Positions 63,256 to 64,000 of a DNA stretch of 64,000 bases are shown here, piece after piece. Source of the stretch: Octopus vulgaris (lineage: Eukaryota); NCBI GenBank assembly GCA_951406725.2, contig OX597827.1, forward strand, positions 34,720,001-34,784,000, in the 5' to 3' direction. The translations under genes were made by a program, and so were the position numbers. Within the stretch, counting starts at the first letter, position 1, and each line of letters opens with the position of its first letter. The notes below the pieces were generated by a model. That model was not told the DNA's origin, did not search any database, and saw only the letters and a program-made list of their open reading frames with translations.

Positions 63256-63654
63256 GAGTAACAAAGAAGTACAGGTATCAATTCATTACGGCCGTTTCCA
63301 ACGATTTTAATTGATTAATGAAAACATTAGATCATCGTAAAGAAACCATTTTCTTCAAATGAATTCATGGTCTCCAAGCATAAAGGTTATTAAACGTAGT
63401 TAACAAATTCACGGAGTTAAAATATTTGCATTGATCCTGCTATCATTCAGCTGGTAGAATGATAGCAGGATCAATGTAAATATTTAAACTCCGTGAATTT
63501 GTTAACTATGTTGAATTCAACTTTATGTTTGAAGATCATGAATTCATCTGACAAAAACGGTTGCTTTACAATGATGTAATGTTCCCTAAAATCGATTAAA
63601 GGAGTCGTTGGAAACAGGCGTAATGAATTGACACCTGTACCCTCTTTGTTACTC
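63256..63654. mobile_element. Fully palindromic MITE, Sola-like
   Basis: ~195-bp imperfect arms around the 8-nt loop AGCTGGTA; GAG...CTC termini flanked by ATAT. Confidence 0.7.
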
Positions 63655-64000
63655 ATATTTTATTCACCTATCCTGGAATCTGCGCTTTGTAAATATTATA
63701 GACAGTATTTTTAATATATAGTACATGTCTGAGGAGCTAAGAGCGGATTTCTTCACTCAGCTGGGTCTTATTATTTGCACACACTGCAAGAATATCACGT
63801 GGCTGGCACTTATGCACCATATCTGGTATTCACTTAATATTGTTGCGTATGCAAGTTTCTTCTACTATAGCCTCGGGGACAGCGATTATATAGCACCTGA
63901 AGAGATAAAACTGGATGCCATTATACAGGTAAACTTGTGCCAGGTCGCTCTTGAGCGTAACTGGTAACATGTAACCCATTACAACCTGTCGCATGGTCGG

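Noticed and set aside
63725-63967. 80-aa ORF at the window end
   Set aside because: No recognisable domain, and it contains a short SINE-like stretch; support is insufficient

Overview
Repeat-dense animal genomic DNA, very probably Octopus. This is inferred from the huge (TA)n/(CA)n tracts, the recurring tRNA-derived SINE families and the single-coding-exon C2H2 genes. Only two host coding regions are well supported, arranged tail-to-tail: a 5-finger C2H2 gene (14768-15310, +) and a 9-finger polyQ-rich C2H2 gene (26051-28231, -). The rest is nested transposons: non-autonomous Helitrons (including a ~1.8 kb unit repeated three times in tandem), mariner, maT and Tc1 relics, a hAT Buster/Charlie element with nested insertions, piggyBac-, Merlin- and Sola-like MITEs, RTE LINE pieces, SINEs and Penelope-like fragments. 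The most notable unannotated signal is about a dozen type I hammerhead-ribozyme-like motifs from several sequence families. They sit in short, mostly ORF-less elements beside (TA)n tracts. Several have non-canonical cores (CCGACGA; UUGAUAA with a U3-A8 covariation; forms lacking helix II), and two lie inside long fold-back elements. All folds were worked out by eye and ribozyme activity is untested. Nearly all ORFs in the supplied track are microsatellite artefacts.
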